Shown: positions 51,799 to 63,864, counted from the stretch's first letter. The stretch: DNA of 64,000 bases from Histomonas meleagridis 2922-C6/04-290x (GCA_020184695.1 JAANOX010000032.1:248001-312000), one strand, 5' to 3'. A program made the numbers and translations. Notes: generated by a model from the letters alone, not told the origin.

Positions 51799-53145
51799 TT
51801 AGTCATCGAGTGCCACGAAATGGTTTTTGACGTTTCTTTCCATTGCTTCGATCATTTCTCTAATTCCAGCCAAAAGAATAGAACTTTCGAATTCCTTTTG
51901 CATGACAATGATATCACTCTTATAATCGATCAATGCGTTCATGTCCTTCGCCAATATTAAATCATACACTAATTTCCTTACTTCTTCAACGTCACTTTTT
52001 AGTTGTGACGCAACGTACTTCACTTCAACTCTGCTGTAGTTTTGGCAGAAAACGCTGATTGAGCTTCTTAAGACAAACTTTCGGATTTGTTCGATGATGT
52101 CGTTATATAACTTTAAGTTTCCTAAGCTTCCTTGAGCGGTATCGATATGTTCTCGGAACTTAACGATATCTTTCTTCTCATAATAATCAGCTAAGTGATC
52201 AATGGGTGCAACTTTTGCGTTGGTTCTGAATTTGATGGCTTCAGGAGTAAGGAAAATACCACAGCTTCCTTTGGACCACATTTGAGAAAGTGCACATAAC
52301 ATAAGACAATCAATACGTTGATCACTACCTGCGTTATCGAAGAGACGGAATGACTCATAGAACTTTTGATAGGCAAGTTGAGGCTTTCTTTCTTTAAGAA
52401 GTTGAATTCCTTCGATCTTGAGAAGAACAGCTGATTGACGATCATTAAGTGAGGTGCTTGGGATAGTGGAGGCGAGCTTGTAGTCGTTAAACATGGATTC
52501 GAGGTCTTTGCGAGCATCAGCTAATTCAATACGAATTGAGAGAATACGAATTGCAATATTACACATTTCTGGATCGGTAAGATCTGGTGGAAGTGTAACA
52601 TAGGGTTCGATTTCACTGAGAATTTCTTTACCTTTGGTGTAATCTTGATTTCTCATAACATATTCACATTGACGAAGCTTAAGATCTAAGTAAAGATTGC
52701 CCATTGTGCTTTGATCAACAAGTTCAGTTGCTGTGTCCAAGAAACGAAGAAGAGTAGTTTCATTTCTAATGACATTAGCTAACATTGAGGAAACAGTGGA
52801 TTGAAGTTGATCGTTGGTGATAAGCTTGTCGGCGTTGGCTTGGAATACATCATTCAAGCACTCAATTGTGAGGTCTGTATCATCAAGATTTGATTGAATA
52901 ACCGCTGCCTTTAAAAGAGATTTGGATCTAAGCTTGGCATCAGCATTAGGATCTTGGAAAACTTGATAGAATAAATCAACAGCGTATGGATCGTCGAAAC
53001 CAACGGATTCTTTTGCGGCACGATAAGTACCTTCAGGAGTGTACTCTGCTTGTTCTTCTTCAGCACCTCCTTGGTATACTTCGCCTTCATAGGCTTCTTC
53101 ATTGCCGGCATCTTCTTCATCAAAGTATATTTCTTCGTCGGACAT
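51799..53145 (-). CDS. CSN2: COP9 signalosome subunit 2-like PCI-domain protein
   Basis: Acidic N-terminus MSDEEIYFDEED; KFYESFRLFDNAGSDQRIDCL; PCI region YSRVEVKYVASQL...LVYDLIL. Confidence 0.75.
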   Translation of the reverse strand: MSDEEIYFDEEDAGNEEAYEGEVYQGGAEEEQAEYTPEGTYRAAKESVGFDDPYAVDLFYQVFQDPNADAKLRSKSLLKAAVIQSNLDDTDLTIECLNDVFQANADKLITNDQLQSTVSSMLANVIRNETTLLRFLDTATELVDQSTMGNLYLDLKLRQCEYVMRNQDYTKGKEILSEIEPYVTLPPDLTDPEMCNIAIRILSIRIELADARKDLESMFNDYKLASTIPSTSLNDRQSAVLLKIEGIQLLKERKPQLAYQKFYESFRLFDNAGSDQRIDCLMLCALSQMWSKGSCGIFLTPEAIKFRTNAKVAPIDHLADYYEKKDIVKFREHIDTAQGSLGNLKLYNDIIEQIRKFVLRSSISVFCQNYSRVEVKYVASQLKSDVEEVRKLVYDLILAKDMNALIDYKSDIIVMQKEFESSILLAGIREMIEAMERNVKNHFVALDD

Positions 53146-54217
53146 CTTGGAAATATGTCAAACAAACTTTGTTAAAAAAAATAATTGTCAAAATTAGTTC
53201 TTAAACGGTCTCCAACAGGCTAACGAATTTTTTTCATTGATGACCATCAAATTGCAGAAAAATATATTCGCAATAAGACATAATAGCTTCATTAAATTAA
53301 TTATGTATAAACATTTTTTCAGAGAAATGTATTTTATGGTTTCAATCTGCAAATAATCGAGAAAAATTTTTCTCAAATTAAATGTATGCTGTGATTAATC
53401 AAACATATGAAAAACATTATCTAAAATGACATGAATATCATTGATAATATATTTTAAACAAAATAAAACTTCTTTTAACGGAAATAAGAAAACATATATT
53501 ATATCCATGTAAAACACTACCTATTTATCATTTCAATCATAAAGGTTATATGGTTTCTTTTTTCCAATAAAAGATAGATATGATAAATTATTCACCAAGT
53601 TTCATCAGTTGCAATGAAGGATGGCATGCTTTGTATTTGAAAAAGTGGTTTTTCTATAATTTATATTTTACGATAACGATATAAAAATGCCTGTATTGAA
53701 AATCAGTTGCTCCAATTCATGAAACTTCTTCAAAAATAACTTATTATTTTGAAGTTTATTACACAACGTTAATCATTTCTTTGAGTATAATGTCCACATT
53801 ACAATTTTTTTTGCTCATCATTTTTAATTTAATTATTTTCTTTTTCAAACAGCTATTTGTCATATCACTATAATTCATCCTTTGAAATTTGTGAACTTTG
53901 ATAATTTCAATTAATCAATTTAGCAATCTTTTAAGTCACATCCCAAACATATAACCAGAGCATAACGCCAGCACGGTTCATACCATTTTCTCGTGTTTGC
54001 GCCCTCAAGCAGTGCGTTATTTCCTAAACACCATGTGACCAATCAATTTACGTGTTTTCATATCATTCCATATTTTCAGTACTTTATAGATACTTTTTGA
54101 AAAAATAAAGTGGATAAAACCACCTGAAATTTCGTCAAAAATTGAGATAAAAATATTTTAGTGAAAAACCTGACCAAGATAAACCGCTTTTGAAGAGGCA
54201 AAATTTCTAATCCATAA

Positions 54218-54775
54218 ATGCAAAAGACACAGCCAAACACACTTTTCGTACGAAACATCCAATACACAGCAACAGCCGACCAATTAAGCGCGGTTTTTGA
54301 GAAGTATGGTAAGATCAAAAAAGCAAAGATTTTGACCGAAAATTATCATGGCCAACCAGTTCCACGTGGAATTGGATTCGTTGAGTTTGAAGATGAAGAA
54401 GGTGCTAAAAAAGCCCTCGAAGACAAATCAGAATTAAAGCTTGGAAATAGAGTTCTTCATATTTCTCAAGCAAAAGTTAACGAAGCGAAAAGAGATACAA
54501 TTTTTGTTGGCGGAATACCAGAAGGAACAACAATCAAAGATTTGTTGGACACATTTGCGAAGTACAACGCAAAGAATGCGACAATCATCTGTTTCGATAA
54601 CGGACCTAGGAAAGGTTATGCTTTTGTTCAGTTGGGTTCAAGCGAGGATAGGGAAGCTGCCATGAAAGAGGGAACATTCAATCTCAACGGTACAAATCCA
54701 ATCCTTCGAAATGCACGTCATGATTATGAAAATCCAAATCTCCGTTCATTTGGAGGTCAACGTATTCGTCAGTAA
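54218..54775 (+). CDS. Tandem-RRM RNA-binding protein
   Basis: RNP2 LFVRNI / IFVGGI and RNP1 RGIGFVEF / KGYAFVQL. Confidence 0.88.
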   Translation: MQKTQPNTLFVRNIQYTATADQLSAVFEKYGKIKKAKILTENYHGQPVPRGIGFVEFEDEEGAKKALEDKSELKLGNRVLHISQAKVNEAKRDTIFVGGIPEGTTIKDLLDTFAKYNAKNATIICFDNGPRKGYAFVQLGSSEDREAAMKEGTFNLNGTNPILRNARHDYENPNLRSFGGQRIRQ

Positions 54776-54796
54776 AAGCGTCAGGTCCTTCAATTT

Positions 54797-56668
54797 CTAA
54801 TCGTACCTTTTCACGTCGAGTCCAGTTTTCAGGGGTGGTTTCTTGCGAACGTTAGTGTAACCGTTAATTATATTTTCGACCGTTTCCGTATCGTCTTCGT
54901 TAATTGTATCGTTCCAGTTTTCAATTGTATCGGTTTTCCTTTTCAATGGTTCAATTTGTTCTGGGACGATAAGTTTTTTCTTTTTCTTTTCTGGTAATTT
55001 TGTGTTTGGTGACGGTTGTACCTGTTTAATATTTGAGAGGATATTTTGACACAATTTGATCAAATTTATTTGTATTTCAATGGTTAACATTTGAGGAGTT
55101 GAAAGCATTGTTGATGCAAGCGGAACAACATTTTCTAAAGATGTTTCTATTGTTAAATTTAACTTTCCAAGTAATGTCATAATTGCATTAGCGACGTCAT
55201 CAGACGGCAATTTTCTCCATGTTTCAGTGATCTGTGGTAATGTTAAATTCGCAAAAGTGTTATGATTCACTTTACATAAACAATCTCCAAGTGAAACAAT
55301 TGAACTTGATACAATTCGTGTGTCGTCTGAACTTGAGATGAATTCAGTTAGTTTGGGAATTACTGACTTTTGTATTGATTTGGAATCTAATGTCTTTACT
55401 ATCAATGGTAAATTCTTAATTGCTGTGTTATGAAGTCGAATGTCATTTGAGTTTAACGCTTCTCTAAAGATGGGGAAAATGACTTTGTAATGTTGCTCTG
55501 GTTCTGTTTTATCAATGAGGATTTTGAGGATAGAAAAAACTGATAACATAAGTTCGGGTGGTTTCGTTAATACTAGAAAACTACTAAATTTAGATAGGAT
55601 TTCATTGTTAAAGTCTCTCTTACTATAGAATGATGCTCCTTGGAAAATAAGTGGTATAGTAACAGGTGCATATCGTGTGTCAGATAAGGTCTCATTAATA
55701 AAGACTGGCATGAATTTATACCGAATCATTCGATGTGAAAATATGCTTAAGGATTGCGTAAGAGACTTAAAGAAGTTAAACTTTTCGGCTGCTGCTTTAA
55801 CAATGATTTCATCGAAGTAACGATAGACTTTGATGTGGATGGAATTGAATGCTTCTGAATTTTCTAAGGACGATAGAGTCGGGCGGTTTTCTGGATCAAA
55901 TGCCAAACAAGATTTAATTGTGCTTACAATCGATTGTGTTGCATGTGGGAGTGTTAAAACAATGTCATTACTTAGTTGACTAAGATAGTCATCAGGTGAT
56001 TTACTTGAAAAAAGTGGTTTCTTGAGATAAGCAGATGCAATTGTAACACCAAAACTAAAGATATCTGATTTGGTTGTAATGTCTTTGTTAGAAATAAGTT
56101 CGGGTGATGAAAAATTAAGGTTGGGATAAGTAGATAAATTCTTCCATTTGCCAAATATAGGTTTTATAAGAGAAGTTTCATCTGAAATTGGTGATGAAAA
56201 ATTAAAAGAGTTTAATTTAACTGTTAAATCTTTGGTAAGAAAAATTGCATTAGGATTAATTCCTAAATGTGAAATTTTGGCATTATTATGAAGAAAAGAT
56301 AATACAGATATTAATTGTTTTCCGATATATTCAATTTCGTCACCAGTTAAATCATTTTCATTGGTTAAACTTGAACATATTGTTTCAGAAACAAATGCAG
56401 GTTGCCTAGAGTTTTCATCAAACTCAATGATTTTCAAGATATTAGGATGATGAAGTTTTCGAATTTGCTGTATCGAATAAATACATGATGAAATATATTT
56501 GTCACAATCTTCTTTTGGTATGTTGTTTGAAATCATTAATTGTTCATCAAAAATCCAAATTGTAACATTTTCCCCAGTGCTTTTCCTAATTGCTGTGTGA
56601 ACTTTCCAAAAGTCAGATATAAACACAGGCGTAATTAAATCATAGTTAGCGGAAAAGCCTGATCCCAT
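54797..56668 (-). CDS. SCY1-like (SCYL2/CVAK104) pseudokinase with HEAT repeats
   Basis: MGSGFS (myristoylation-like); WKVHTAIRKSTGENVTIW; KLHHPNILK; catalytic HLGINP (no HRD Asp); SKSDIFSFG-like TKSDIFSFG; HEAT-like C-terminus. Confidence 0.8.
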   Translation of the reverse strand: MGSGFSANYDLITPVFISDFWKVHTAIRKSTGENVTIWIFDEQLMISNNIPKEDCDKYISSCIYSIQQIRKLHHPNILKIIEFDENSRQPAFVSETICSSLTNENDLTGDEIEYIGKQLISVLSFLHNNAKISHLGINPNAIFLTKDLTVKLNSFNFSSPISDETSLIKPIFGKWKNLSTYPNLNFSSPELISNKDITTKSDIFSFGVTIASAYLKKPLFSSKSPDDYLSQLSNDIVLTLPHATQSIVSTIKSCLAFDPENRPTLSSLENSEAFNSIHIKVYRYFDEIIVKAAAEKFNFFKSLTQSLSIFSHRMIRYKFMPVFINETLSDTRYAPVTIPLIFQGASFYSKRDFNNEILSKFSSFLVLTKPPELMLSVFSILKILIDKTEPEQHYKVIFPIFREALNSNDIRLHNTAIKNLPLIVKTLDSKSIQKSVIPKLTEFISSSDDTRIVSSSIVSLGDCLCKVNHNTFANLTLPQITETWRKLPSDDVANAIMTLLGKLNLTIETSLENVVPLASTMLSTPQMLTIEIQINLIKLCQNILSNIKQVQPSPNTKLPEKKKKKLIVPEQIEPLKRKTDTIENWNDTINEDDTETVENIINGYTNVRKKPPLKTGLDVKRYD

Positions 56669-56731
56669 TTAATACAATTGTGAATGAAATTTTCTGCCAA
56701 AATATTGTGAGAAAATATTTTAGTCATCCTG

Positions 56732-57778
56732 ATGGAACAATATCAAAAAATTGCTCTTCAAGAGCAACATTTACTAAATCAAATCCATCAACAGGAACAA
56801 AGACTAGCAGAACTTATTGAAGAAAATAATTCTTTGGAATCTGGTTATTTACATCAAAAAATTAAATATTTCAAAGAAGAAAGACCAATTTTATTACATA
56901 ATCTTATGACAGAAATAGAATCAGAAACACTACAAAATTCACCATTTGCTAATTCTGATTTATTAATTGAATCAATTAATCAATATAATACTAAAAAAGA
57001 ATTATTAGATATAGAAAATACACAACTTTCTGAATATGTTGATTCCCAGCGAAATGAATTATTATCTCTCCTCAAACAATTTCGAGAACCAGAACAACCG
57101 AAAATAATAATTAAACCACCAGACACAAGTTGTTCCACAGAAGTTGAGCAACTAGCACGTCAAATTGCTCAAGAAATTGACAAAGTCTCCGAGGATGATC
57201 TTGTTAAATATTTAGCACGAGGTCCATCTGATGGATCACAAGAAGTCACCATTGAAAAGGCCAAAGAGCTAGGACAACTAAATTACAGTCTCAAGTGCTC
57301 TAGTACAGCCACCAATCTCATGCAAACACTTATATCTCGAATCCAACAAATTGACATTCAAGTTCAAGATACCATTGATGAACAACATATGCAACTTTTA
57401 AACACCCTAGACAATGCCACCAATGTAATGAATGGTTTATTGCATGAAGATGAGTTTTCTGGCGCTGATTCCAACGAAGACAATTGGAAATATTTGGAAT
57501 CACTCGAGGAAGACGTTAAGTTGATGCGAAAACGGCTTTTGGCAGCGGTTAGTGACGGTTCGAAGATTCAAATCCCATCAGAAATGGTCGATACAGAAAG
57601 AGAGAAATCTGTTTTAAATCATTGTTTAGAAGTACTTAAAGAATCGAATGCAAAAATGATTGAGCATTTACATAATTTAACTGAACAAGGAATTGTTGAT
57701 TATCAAATACATAGCGAAGACGAAGTGAAACAAATAATTGCACAATATAATGAAATGAAGTTAAGGAGTGGTGAGTAA
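56732..57778 (+). CDS. Coiled-coil hypothetical protein, 348 aa
   Basis: Long E/Q/L-rich ORF with ATG. Confidence 0.7.
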   Translation: MEQYQKIALQEQHLLNQIHQQEQRLAELIEENNSLESGYLHQKIKYFKEERPILLHNLMTEIESETLQNSPFANSDLLIESINQYNTKKELLDIENTQLSEYVDSQRNELLSLLKQFREPEQPKIIIKPPDTSCSTEVEQLARQIAQEIDKVSEDDLVKYLARGPSDGSQEVTIEKAKELGQLNYSLKCSSTATNLMQTLISRIQQIDIQVQDTIDEQHMQLLNTLDNATNVMNGLLHEDEFSGADSNEDNWKYLESLEEDVKLMRKRLLAAVSDGSKIQIPSEMVDTEREKSVLNHCLEVLKESNAKMIEHLHNLTEQGIVDYQIHSEDEVKQIIAQYNEMKLRSGE

Positions 57779-58272
57779 TAATAAAGTTTATATATTTTTG
57801 TTTTCTTTACGAATTGTAATGCTAAAAAAGTTGCTGTAAATTTCGACTTTTTGAATATGATTTCAATCAAAACCGATCAAAAGTGTCACGGCCAATAAAT
57901 TGGATTAATTAATAAATTACATTAAAATTATGTAAATTTACATTAAAATTCAATTTGTACTCCAAACGATCAAAACAAGGCAAAGAACCAATTGGTTATG
58001 ATTTCTGTCCGTGCTTGGAGTGACACTCACATATATGATATAGCATTCAGATCTCGTTTTGAATCGAAAAAGTAGCGCTATAAAATTTTGGAAATGTAAC
58101 AAAGAATAAATATAATTTTATTTGCGCAAATTTGATTTGACATAACGGTAGTTTATTATATTTTGGGATCAATTCCATAATTACTAAAATTTTGCATATT
58201 TAAATTCATTAAAAATTTCATACGAAAGACATTAAAATATAAATAAAAATGCAGCTTAATAAATTAATTTAA

Positions 58273-61200
58273 TCAAAGGTCGTCAATTTCATTTACTTCT
58301 TCTACCGGCGCATCGTCCTTTTGATTCTTATTTCGGTAATAAATCCATCCGCCGACAGCAGCAGCCACAATAATAACCACAAGCGGAACTGTAACGCCCA
58401 CAGCTATAGCAGTCGTATTACTATTGTCAGATTGGTCGTTATCATTACTATTAACTCTGGTACCAGAGTTATAATAAGGATAATCAGTGTTATAAGTCAT
58501 TGTATTAGTTTTAACCAAATCTCCAATTATATTTGGACATTGATCAATTGAAACGCCCTTTGATACATTTTTATCACCGAATGTCTCACCAAAATATGAA
58601 GCGATTGTATTCACTTTTCTTAAAAAGGTTGAACCATAAAATGCATCATCGTGAACATTTGGACTAGAATTTCCTAAATAGTAAACGCACATTATATTTT
58701 CACAATTATAAAATGCATACTTTTCGATAAATCGAATTTCAGCATTAAGGATAACTGTTTCTAATTCATTACAATGTGAAAATGCATATGTTTCTAATGT
58801 TTCAATTGTGCTTGGAAGTGTTATATTTGTAAAAATACATGATTCAAATGCCTCACCACCAAATTTTAGCAATTTACCGAAATTAACTTCCTTTAAACTA
58901 TTACAACCACAAAATGTACCATATAAAGATGTAACATTATCAGGTATTGTAACACTTGATAAAAGAATACATCCCAAAAATGCATAATCTCCAAGTGAAT
59001 ATAAATTTTTGCCAAATTTAACTGTTTCCAAGTTTTTACAATATTGGAATGCATTATCATAAACAGCATAAACTGTTTCCAAATTAAGATGAACAACTGC
59101 ACAAGATGAAAATGCATAAATTGAAATAGTAGAAATGTTTCTTAAATTAATTGTAACCAATGAATAACAAGAATAAAATGAACTTTGACCAAGACCTTCA
59201 CATGAAGCTGGAATATCAATACTCTTTAATGATCTACAATAAGCAAAAGCCTCATGACCAATTCTTTTAAGATTTTTTCCAAAATTAACTTCTATCATAT
59301 TTCCATTATAACATACTTTTTCATTAATCTGAGTAACTTTATCACCAAATGTTAAATATAATAATCTAAATTTGGTAGATGAAAGTATTTCATTTTGTAC
59401 AGAATATGATGGAGTAAGAATTGTTAAATTTGTTAAATTGTTACAGATAACATTATCATTATGAATTTTTACGACATTTTCTCCAATTACAAATGATTTT
59501 AATAATGGTAATTCCATCCTATCAATATTAGTAATTTTGTTTCCTAAAATTAAATGTATTATATTTTTTCCAACCATTTGAGCTAAGTTTCTTTGGTTTA
59601 TGTGTGGACTCTTTAATGTAAGATTTTTAATGTTCGAAGAACTAAACACATAACTCAAGGAAGAATTTACATTTTCGCCAATGACAAGATTATGTAATGG
59701 ACAATCAAAAAATGCGCCATATTCAATTGAATATACTGAATCTGGTATTATAAAAGATGTTAAATTTGAACATCCGGAAAATGCTTGAGAGCTAATTGAT
59801 TGTATTTTATTTCCAAGTGTAACTGTATGTAATGAAGAACATTCTGAAAACAAACTTGAACCAATACTAGTTACTGAATCTGGAATATTGATGCTTGTTA
59901 GATTTGTACATTGATAAAATGCATAATTACCAATTGATGTTACACTGTTTCCAAATAATACTGTTTTCAGGTTTGAAAAATACATAAATCCTCCATCAAT
60001 TGATCCCCCTCCAAGATAAACATATTCTAAAGATTTTTGGAAAGAACTAGTTATTTTAACATAATGCGAACTCAAATATGTTAAATTTCGAACATTATAA
60101 CAACCAGAAAATGAATTTTTATCAATTTCTTTTACATTTTTGCCAATAATAATAGTTTCCAATGAAGAACAACCTGAAAACGCGGACACTTTAATTGTAG
60201 TAACTGAATCTGGGATTTTGATTACTTTTGTCATATTACAATCCATAAATGAGTAAGAACCAATTGTTTCTAATTTTTCTCCAAAGGGAATTGTTCTTAA
60301 AGCATGGCATTGTCTAAATGCACCATAATCAATCAAAATGATTGAATCAGGAAAATTGATGTTCATCAAACTTGTACACCCTTCAAATACATTTTCACTA
60401 AATATTCTTAATTTCCCTTCAATATTAACTGTTTTTAAATTATAACATCTTTTGAATGCTTCAGAACCAATTGAGATAACTGAATCTGGAATTGTGATAC
60501 TTACTAAACTATTACACATGAAAAACGTAAGATTACCAATTGTTTTAACATTGTTACCAATTTTCACTGATTCTAATGAAGAACATTCATAAAATGTTTC
60601 AGGATGAATTGTGATAATCAAATCTGAAATGTTGAAATTTGTTAAAGCATTACATTTATAAAATGCACCTTTACCAATTGTTTCAACTTTGTTTCCAATA
60701 CCAACAGTTTTTAAAGCAATACAAGAATAAAATGCCTCAGAACCAATTGTTTCAACTTTATTTCCAATACCAATTTCTTTTAAAGCAATACAAGAATAAA
60801 ATGCCTCAGAACCAATTGTTTCTATATTTTGTCCATTTATAACTGTTTCTAATGAAGAACAAGAACTAAATGTAGATCCAATCGAAATAACTGAATCCGG
60901 AATTGTGATACTTACTAAATTATTACACTTGGAAAACGTAAGATTACCAATTGTTTTAACATTGTTACCAATTTTCACTGATTCTAATAAAGAACATTCA
61001 TAAAATACTTTAGAACCAATTGAGATAACTGAATCCGGAATTGTGATACTTACTAAATTATTACATTTGGAAAACGTAAGATCACCAATTGTTTTAACAT
61101 TGTTACCAATTTTCACTGATTTTAATGAAGAACATTCATAATATACTTCAGAACCAATTGAGATAACTGAATCTGGGATTGTGATATTTTCAAAACCACA

Positions 61201-63864
61201 TTTACGAAAAGCTCCATCAGAAATTATTTTTAATTTTTTCCCAATGATAACTGTATCTAATATATAACAATAGCTAAATGAATAATCACCAATGAAAATA
61301 ACTGAATCTGGAATTATAATACTCTTCAATTGTTTGCAATATGAAAATGCATAATTTCCAATACTTTCCAATATATCTCCAAAAATAAAAGCTTTTAATA
61401 AATAACAGTTTTCAAAAGCATAATTACCAATTGAAATTATTGAACTTAGATTTGGAATATTTTCTAGTTTTTCACACGAATAAAATGACGACCTACCAAT
61501 CACCTCTACATTTTTTTCAAAGTTAATTGTTTTCAATGATAGGCAATCACAAAATGAACCATTATTAATTATTCTAAGTTGATTTCCAATATTAACTTCA
61601 ATTAATCCATCACAACTTTGAAATACATAGGTACCAATTGAAATTACTGAATCTGGAATTTCAATTTTTTCTAATTTTTGACTAGAAGAAAATGCACGAT
61701 CACCAATTGTTTTAAGTTTATTTCCAAATGTGATTGTATGAAGACGAGAATTTTCAAATGCACGTTCACCAATTGTCTCCACATTGTCTCCAAATGTAAG
61801 TGTTTGCAACAAATTACATCTACAAAATGCATATTTACCAATTGTTGTTACATTATTTCCAAATATAAATGTTCGTAATGAAGAACATAAATAAAATGCA
61901 TAATTTCCAATTGATATCACTGAATCTGAAATTGTTATATTTATTATAACTTCACATGAATAAAATCCATAATCTGAAATCATTAAAATAGAATTTGAAA
62001 TTTCAACTGTTTCATTTGGAATTCCTGCTGGATATAAAATAATTGATTTTTTATCTTTGCTATAAAGAATACCATCATCGTTACAATTAGAAAAGTTTTG
62101 ATTCTTTTCAGATACGATTATTTTTTGAAGACTTGAGCAATAGAAAAATGCATCATGGCCAATTATTTCTACTTTTTCTCCTAAAGTAATATTTATCAAT
62201 GAATAACATTCATAAAATACATTATAACCAATTGAAATTACTGAATCTGGAATTTCAATATATTCTAATTCAGAACAAGAATAAAATGTTTCATTAAGGA
62301 TAGTTTTGAGTTTATTTCCAAATGTAATTGTTTGTAATTTACAGAAACTAAATGCGCTTTCGCCAATTACTTCCACATTTTTTCCAAGTGTAAGTGTTTT
62401 CAATGAAGAACATGAAGAAAATGCATATTTACCAATTGTCTTTACATTTTTTCCAAATATAAACGTTTCTAATGAAGAACACCAATAAAATGCATAATTT
62501 CCAATTGATATTACTGAATCTGAAATTGTTATACTTTTTATTTTTAGACATCCATCAAATGAATAATCCGAAATTATTATAATAGAATTTAAAAAATTAA
62601 AATTTTCACCTGGTTGTCCTGGTGGATAACGAATAAATGATTTTAAATCTTTGCTATAAAGAATACCATTATTATGAAAATTAGTAAAGTTTTGATTCTT
62701 TTCAGATACAATTATTTTTTGAAGACTTGAACAAGATATAAATGCATCATGGCCAATTATTTCTACTTTTTCTCCTATAGTAATATTTATCAATGCATAA
62801 CATTGGCCAAATGCTTTATTTCCAATTGAAATTACTGAATCTGGAATTTCAATATATTCTAAATTATTACAATAATAGAAAGCTTCGTCACCAATTTTTT
62901 CTACTTCGTTTCCAATAATTGAAATTGTTTTAATATTCTTAAAATGGGAAAATTGTCTTTCCACAATTTCTTTAACTTTCCCTCCAATTGTCAGGTTAAT
63001 AATATTATATTGAAATATAATAGCAAATTCATTCATAAATGGACTGTTAATTGAGAGATCACTACAACTACTATCATAAAATGAATTTTCTCCATATGAC
63101 TTCACATTTTCACCAATTGATAATACTACTAAATTAGATAAACCAGAAAATGCATTATCTCCAATTGTCTCTATTTCGCCACTAATTATTAATGTTACTA
63201 AATTAGGACATTCAGAAAATACACCTTCTTCAATTGTTTTGATTTTTCCACCAATAAAAAGATAATTTAAAGTTGAAGAGAAATCACGAGAAAATGTCTT
63301 TTGATCTACAAATGGACTAAGCACTGTAAGATTTTGAACAGGGCTATCAATAAATACATCATTTCCTAATTCTACTTTTTCTCCAATATAAATTTTAGTA
63401 ATTTTTGTACAATCACAATATGCATAGTCACCAATTTTTTGGAGATTTTTAAGATTGAGACTTGTTAATTTGTAACAATATTGAAATGCATTTTCACCGA
63501 TTGAAGTGAGTGTATCAGGAAATATGATATCTTCTAGATATATACACCGGAAAAACGAATGACTTCCAATGCTTTCTATATTATTTCCAATATATATAGT
63601 GGTTAGAATACTACAATCATTAAATGAACTATTCCCTATTGAGATTGTTGAATCCGGTAAAAAAGCCTTTTGTACTTTATCACATTTAGCAAAAGCATAT
63701 GGAGGAATTTGAGTTATACCTTCATTAACATAAATATATCTCGCATATTGTTTGTTCATATCGTCAAAATCATCTGGATCTTCAACTGTAAGTGTTTTTG
63801 TTGCTTCATCATAAATTTGATATCCAAAATGGAAAAGCAAAAACAAAAAGGAAATGATTCTCAT
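58273..63864 (-). CDS. BspA-like LRR_5 (TpLRR) surface protein with TM helix and short cytosolic tail
   Basis: Dozens of xIPDSVxSIGxxAFxxCxxL repeats; TM IAVGVTVPLVVIIVAAAVGGWIYY. ATG 63864 preferred (TCATTT Inr at 63873-63868; signal MRIISFLFLLFHFG). Confidence 0.93.
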   Translation of the reverse strand: MRIISFLFLLFHFGYQIYDEATKTLTVEDPDDFDDMNKQYARYIYVNEGITQIPPYAFAKCDKVQKAFLPDSTISIGNSSFNDCSILTTIYIGNNIESIGSHSFFRCIYLEDIIFPDTLTSIGENAFQYCYKLTSLNLKNLQKIGDYAYCDCTKITKIYIGEKVELGNDVFIDSPVQNLTVLSPFVDQKTFSRDFSSTLNYLFIGGKIKTIEEGVFSECPNLVTLIISGEIETIGDNAFSGLSNLVVLSIGENVKSYGENSFYDSSCSDLSINSPFMNEFAIIFQYNIINLTIGGKVKEIVERQFSHFKNIKTISIIGNEVEKIGDEAFYYCNNLEYIEIPDSVISIGNKAFGQCYALINITIGEKVEIIGHDAFISCSSLQKIIVSEKNQNFTNFHNNGILYSKDLKSFIRYPPGQPGENFNFLNSIIIISDYSFDGCLKIKSITISDSVISIGNYAFYWCSSLETFIFGKNVKTIGKYAFSSCSSLKTLTLGKNVEVIGESAFSFCKLQTITFGNKLKTILNETFYSCSELEYIEIPDSVISIGYNVFYECYSLINITLGEKVEIIGHDAFFYCSSLQKIIVSEKNQNFSNCNDDGILYSKDKKSIILYPAGIPNETVEISNSILMISDYGFYSCEVIINITISDSVISIGNYAFYLCSSLRTFIFGNNVTTIGKYAFCRCNLLQTLTFGDNVETIGERAFENSRLHTITFGNKLKTIGDRAFSSSQKLEKIEIPDSVISIGTYVFQSCDGLIEVNIGNQLRIINNGSFCDCLSLKTINFEKNVEVIGRSSFYSCEKLENIPNLSSIISIGNYAFENCYLLKAFIFGDILESIGNYAFSYCKQLKSIIIPDSVIFIGDYSFSYCYILDTVIIGKKLKIISDGAFRKCGFENITIPDSVISIGSEVYYECSSLKSVKIGNNVKTIGDLTFSKCNNLVSITIPDSVISIGSKVFYECSLLESVKIGNNVKTIGNLTFSKCNNLVSITIPDSVISIGSTFSSCSSLETVINGQNIETIGSEAFYSCIALKEIGIGNKVETIGSEAFYSCIALKTVGIGNKVETIGKGAFYKCNALTNFNISDLIITIHPETFYECSSLESVKIGNNVKTIGNLTFFMCNSLVSITIPDSVISIGSEAFKRCYNLKTVNIEGKLRIFSENVFEGCTSLMNINFPDSIILIDYGAFRQCHALRTIPFGEKLETIGSYSFMDCNMTKVIKIPDSVTTIKVSAFSGCSSLETIIIGKNVKEIDKNSFSGCYNVRNLTYLSSHYVKITSSFQKSLEYVYLGGGSIDGGFMYFSNLKTVLFGNSVTSIGNYAFYQCTNLTSINIPDSVTSIGSSLFSECSSLHTVTLGNKIQSISSQAFSGCSNLTSFIIPDSVYSIEYGAFFDCPLHNLVIGENVNSSLSYVFSSSNIKNLTLKSPHINQRNLAQMVGKNIIHLILGNKITNIDRMELPLLKSFVIGENVVKIHNDNVICNNLTNLTILTPSYSVQNEILSSTKFRLLYLTFGDKVTQINEKVCYNGNMIEVNFGKNLKRIGHEAFAYCRSLKSIDIPASCEGLGQSSFYSCYSLVTINLRNISTISIYAFSSCAVVHLNLETVYAVYDNAFQYCKNLETVKFGKNLYSLGDYAFLGCILLSSVTIPDNVTSLYGTFCGCNSLKEVNFGKLLKFGGEAFESCIFTNITLPSTIETLETYAFSHCNELETVILNAEIRFIEKYAFYNCENIMCVYYLGNSSPNVHDDAFYGSTFLRKVNTIASYFGETFGDKNVSKGVSIDQCPNIIGDLVKTNTMTYNTDYPYYNSGTRVNSNDNDQSDNSNTTAIAVGVTVPLVVIIVAAAVGGWIYYRNKNQKDDAPVEEVNEIDDL
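60470..61180 (-). repeat. Recent internal duplications within the BspA gene: 138-nt (46 aa) and 69-nt (23 aa) units
   Basis: Near-identical ITIPDSVISIGS..ECSSL.SVKIGNNVKTIG.LTF.KCN.LVS units and TIGSEAFYSCIALK..GIGNKVE units. Confidence 0.85.
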
